Assembly (NCBI GenBank): GCA_977018835.1
Contig: OZ361261.1
Span: forward strand, 1,674,001 to 1,738,000
Direction: 5' to 3'
Source of the DNA: Minutocellus sp. GHC0000111
Lineage: Eukaryota
Length of the DNA: 64,000 bases
Positions 59,561-64,000 of this stretch are shown here, piece by piece. A model generated the notes under the pieces. The model did not search any database. It saw only the letters and a list, made by a program, of their open reading frames with translations, and was not told the origin of the DNA. Positions within the stretch are counted from its first letter, which is position 1. Each line of letters opens with the position of its first letter. The translations under genes were made by a program, and so were the position numbers.

Positions 59561-59914
59561 ACGCATGCGGTGCTGATGCTTGCACGATGCGTCTGCTCGG
59601 TGCTGCAGAAGCGCTGCCGGCTAGACACAATGCGAGGCAGATAAGGATACTGCGTCTCAATGGAGTCATCGTCGTGGCCAATCAAGTTGTCGTGAGGGGT
59701 GCAATGCAATGGCGTCTCACAAGGGCCGGCCATGCAACGGTACCTAGGTACGGCAAAAATGAGCGGACGACCGACAATGATGAACACCGAATTTGTAATT
59801 GGAGTCTTCTCATCCGCCTACGCCTGCCTCATTTTTTCTCAACGACGAGCAAGTTGAGGCGGTATCCTTTCGCTTCGCCGCTACCGCATCCCGAGCGTAC
59901 TATAACAGGCAGTC

Positions 59915-61120
59915 ATGAAGACAATCATTTCTTCAGTTTTGGCACTATCTCTGGCCTTGCCGGCATTGGGATTTGTTGGAAAGTCAGGACGTAAATTTTC
60001 GGCGCAGAACCATGCAACCCATCACAACATGCGCATGCCGAAAAATGACGCATGCGATGGAATTGATGGTAGTAATGGCGCCATGAGTAATGTCGAAGTA
60101 CCCGCAAGCCGACGTTACTTTCTCGGAAAAGCGGCAACGGCTACCGCCGCTGCCCTAATCACCACCACGCCAGCAGCCAATGCGGTAGAACGGGCCGTCG
60201 GTGCCGCCGAGTCCAAGTGCCGGCAGGAAGGGAATTGCTTGGAGCAAGGCGATTGGGACGGTGCCGTCGGTTGGAACTGGGGCGGACGGGATCGATGCGA
60301 CGCCACCGATCCTCTCTGCGGGCCCGACGGCAAGCTGCGCGATGCACCGCTCACAGGGGCGCCCGTTCCATATGTGCAGGGCCAGGACATTACCGACGTT
60401 GTCGAGCTCAAGCTCAAGATTGGCAGAGGGGACGAGGTTGTGATGAGGATTGGTCTGTATGGAAAGGCCTGCCCTGCGTCGATTGCTCAGATCTTGGCGT
60501 TGTGCACCTCGGATCGAATTGGTGGACTGGCAACTACCTCGAAGCTGCTGTTTGAGGAGGGATACGGAGCCTATTCGGCACCTGTATCCATTTGTCGTGG
60601 AGGACTGCTGACCACGTTGTACCCCAACCAACGATTGGACTTTGGCATACCCTCCCAAGCGGCGTCGTATGCCAAGAGTCGCAACCAGGCCAAGGCGGGT
60701 GATGGATTTTTACCCCAACCTCGGCCGACGACGCAGGATGCTGATGTCATTGCGAAGGAACCCTTTGCGAGGAAGCATGATGTTGCTGGTCTCGTCTCTC
60801 TTCCTACCAAGGGCATTGGATATGGTGGTACCGGATTCGAATCTGAGGATGAGGCCTATGCCAGCTCGTTCCAAATTACAGCCACGGCCATGCCATCCAT
60901 GGATAAGGAAGGACGACGAGTGGTCGGGCAGCTCATGGATGCCGAGAGTATGGCTGCATTGGCTCGCATTTCCAGCTTGCCAACCAACAAGGGTCTCAAA
61001 GGGATTGTGCCAGGGCAGAATTATGGCCCTCCTCTGACGGCTGTCAAGGTGTTGGAGTGCGCAACGGCATCTACCAGCAGTGCTAGTGGAGATACCGTGG
61101 GCAGTGAAGCTTCCACATAA
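59915..61120 (+). CDS. Divergent cyclophilin-like protein, thylakoid-lumen targeted
   Basis: Signal peptide ending ALG-F, twin-arginine SRRYFL, hydrophobic stretch and ANA cleavage site; IGLYGKACP, HDVAGLVS, FQIT, VVGQL, P...V.V. Confidence 0.82.
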   Translation: MKTIISSVLALSLALPALGFVGKSGRKFSAQNHATHHNMRMPKNDACDGIDGSNGAMSNVEVPASRRYFLGKAATATAAALITTTPAANAVERAVGAAESKCRQEGNCLEQGDWDGAVGWNWGGRDRCDATDPLCGPDGKLRDAPLTGAPVPYVQGQDITDVVELKLKIGRGDEVVMRIGLYGKACPASIAQILALCTSDRIGGLATTSKLLFEEGYGAYSAPVSICRGGLLTTLYPNQRLDFGIPSQAASYAKSRNQAKAGDGFLPQPRPTTQDADVIAKEPFARKHDVAGLVSLPTKGIGYGGTGFESEDEAYASSFQITATAMPSMDKEGRRVVGQLMDAESMAALARISSLPTNKGLKGIVPGQNYGPPLTAVKVLECATASTSSASGDTVGSEAST

Positions 61121-61249
61121 GTAGAATACGTTCAATTAAGTGATGCAAAAACCACGTGTTTTAGAGTAACAAACACATTCGTAAACTTAGCTAATTAAAC
61201 CTATAGCTTCGCCGAAATGCGATTGTGTTGGAAGAAATATGTATGTGCC

Positions 61250-63076
61250 TTAGTCCATCTGAGCGGATGTTCCCATAGTCCCGCCCCAATTTGCAAGGCT
61301 TGAACTGGCCGTACTCTTGGACTCCAGATCGTCATTGGATATCGAGCGGGTCAATTTAGCTCTCGAATCAGAATCAGACTCGGACTTGGATTGGGGAATC
61401 ATCAAGTCATCCTCATCCTCCTCGATGTCATCACCAGAGCTTTCTGCATCACTCTCGTCGTCAACCATAGACCCCACGTTGACATTGCGCTTGTTTCGTT
61501 GCCTCCATAGCTGTTTGGCGGCAGCATTGTTACCGCCCTTGGCTTTACTACTTCTTCGACTTTGTCTCGGCGGCGGAAAAGTCCGAGGTGGCAACGCCCT
61601 GCTTGTTTTCTTGCTACTCGGGGCAAATTCAACGGTAGAGCCACCTCCTTTGCTACTTTTCTTTTGCCTTGATCTCCATAATCTACCGGTACCTTCTGAT
61701 CGCTTTCAGGAGCCGCATCCGTTTCGGTCCGTACATAATTAACAAAACCACTCATCGATACCTCTACAGAACTCATCGCCATGCCCCCGGCCTCACTTGG
61801 CACAATCATCTCGCTCCCCGTATCGTCATCTGGATCAGCATTGCTAGCATGATTTTTCCCGGCAACTTTCAGGCCATCGGATGATGAAGAAGAGCCAACG
61901 CCAACATCGACGTCAACTTCGAGAGGGGCCATTGCCTTTGTTAGCCACACTTCTTTCCGAACGGGAGTGCCAGATGGATATAGAGGTCTGGCCAGTTGTC
62001 TCTCTTCGTCGGAGACAGGCTGGCTGGCCGTTGATACTCGATAAATCAGGCAACCGATAAATGATATACAATCGATGCATCCGCATCTGCTCTCTGTTGG
62101 CCGCATCGATCGCCGCATCCAGCTTGGACTTGAGCTTCGGGTCGATATTTGTCGGCAGCTTTGCATCCCGTAGAGGACTTTCACCACCCCTTTTATTCCC
62201 GGGAGAGCACGGATTATTCCTCAAACTCAAATGTTGTAGCCTGGGAAACAACTGCACGACAATGTCCAAGAAGGCAGGAAGATCGTTGTTGCCATCAACC
62301 CCGTCTCCTACTAGATTCCCATCGTATCTCAAATCTCTCACGGATTGTGCCGTCTTGCGGGGAACGCCAAATTTCAATGCCTGCGCAGACAGGGATCGGT
62401 TGGACAGGTCCAACACCTCCAACGATTGTTTGTGCGAACCGGCCAGCTCCGACATGGCCTTCCACCGATCTCGGGGGTTACGGTTGACCAGTCTGGCATC
62501 CTGGGCACTGGGGTTGGGCGTCGGCGGTACATCGATCAGGGGTGAGTGGACAATAATGCGGGGATTGCCACCGCCTCGTTTCGGAGTGGAATATTGCGGT
62601 CTCCGTCTGTTATCAGTGCTGGGACCGGTTATTCTACCATTCGTACTCGTGCTGCCGCCATGCTTGGAAGCTTTGGGCGTGGAATGCGCCGTCGTTGGGT
62701 CTCGATTCGTTGCCTTTTGCGTCGGATATGTGTGCTGCTGTCTCTGACGAAGTGACTCCGCCGCCAACGTCGTATTTTTGCTATTGTGGTTGCTGTTGCC
62801 GCCGATCATATCTTGGTCCTTGGTGCCAATTGTGTCATTCGAACCTGCTTCTGTTCCTATTTGTGCTGGTGGCGTGGAAGGGCTCGATGGTTTGTGCTGG
62901 GGTCCTTGGGATGTTGCTGGTCGATCAGCTCCCTCACTTGACGATTCTCCGGGGGCAGTTGCAATGCCGGCCGTGGGAGCATTGGCGCCACCTATCGCCG
63001 ATGAGACCGACGACGACGTGGAGTTGGACCGTTTCCGGCCTGCACCTGCACCGCTTGGGTGCGTTTTGGCAAACAT
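61250..63076 (-). CDS. Leucine-rich-repeat protein with an LRRcap-like motif and long disordered regions (frameshifts near 62025 and 61590)
   Basis: LEVLDLSN, FPRLQHLSLRNNP, HRLYIIYRLPDLSSINGQP|VSDEER; a 4-bp ccag duplication causes the first shift. Confidence 0.7.
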
Positions 63077-64000
63077 TTTATTAATTCTCAGCAAACAGGA
63101 CTGGCTTCTGACTCGATGATACGACTCCGATGCTTCAACTTTTTTGGCACAAAATTTCTTCTGTTCGAGATCCCTGTAGTTCACAGACAAGATATGCACA
63201 TTCTGTAATAATTAACGATTGGGTGACTCTCTTGTTAGATATCAAGGCCCGGGGTAAGCACCTTCTTCGCCCGGCTTCGACCTCTCGATCTCAAGCAATG
63301 GGCTAGCGAGCAAGGAGGCAAGCGGCGACGCGAGGCGTCGGGCGTTGGGTCGACGTCATGATTACGAAATGGAAACGATGGACAGATGAGACTCACGGAG
63401 ACGAAATCGAGAAGCGACGAGAGCGACGGCGAGAAGCGGCCCAAGCGGCAACAAATATGCCCAAGCATTGTGGATGGTTGATACGACAGAGCAACCGAGG
63501 AATAGATGTTATGAGACGAGATCAAGTGACTTGATTGTAGAAGAATGAGGCATTCTCTCCTCTTCGCCTTGCCATTCGTCGGTGCATCCATCAGCATAAT
63601 TCTGATTTGGCACTCCACAACCATACTTCGATGGGAACAAATCAAGGTGGAGCTCATCCTCCCCATTCCTCAGCTTGGTGGCGATGGCTCGTCCCGTGCA
63701 CTTTGGAGGCGTTCGCGGCCGCCGTTTGATTTGTCCATTTCGGTGGGACCGGATGTTCACGCGGAGCTACCGCGGGGGTCGTGCTGTATCGGCTCGGGGA
63801 CTTGGCCAAAGCCAGCACGAAGAACATGCCATCCACCCCAGCAAGGCGAGCGATCGAGGTTCGCCTTTTGCCCAGCACAAACTCTTCAGCTGTACGTTTC
63901 GACATTCTGTTCAGCGACTACAGTGGAGCATTTGATCGAAATATCCCAAGGCGGCAAGGTATGCAGAGTTTCTACGTCCCGTGGGAAGATTCCCAGGCAT

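Noticed and set aside
59560..59994. C-terminal 145 aa of the 508-aa ORF as a real GPR107 tail
   Set aside because: It reads through antisense of another gene start, intergenic DNA and the next gene; there are no TM segments.
63235..63935. Short ORFs at the window end
   Set aside because: No motif or consistent frame; a gene cannot be supported.

Overview
Gene-dense eukaryotic nuclear DNA, most likely from a diatom (frustulin-type cysteine repeats, bipartite ASAF-type plastid presequences, a CoDi-like Copia fragment, short GT-AG introns). It holds about 28 protein genes, including an ENT-like transporter, a MYND protein, a PDZ/NPF-DPF adaptor, an alpha/beta hydrolase, a KH protein, plastid CDP-DAG synthase, a G8-CBM6-F-lectin protein, a sulfotransferase, a methyltransferase-FDX-ACB fusion, a vWA protein, APC6/CDC16, ATG18/WIPI, NTE1/PNPLA6, a TPK K+ channel, an AAAP transporter, VPS29, a truncated GPR107/108 and a lumenal cyclophilin. 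Many genes carry single indels or stops, probably long-read consensus errors. There are three transposon-derived regions: a Copia integrase remnant, a complete TA-flanked DD39D Tc1/mariner element (13976-17353) and a duplicated MITE. Most notable: the transposon sequences show a directional TpA to TpG/CpA (A to G, mostly in TAY) substitution signature that turns Tyr codons into Cys/His. This is the reverse of fungal RIP and suggests a repeat-targeted adenine-mutagenesis system. Intergenic DNA is also littered with TA-x-TA palindromes that match transposon excision footprints. All family calls come from motifs read by eye, with no database searches.
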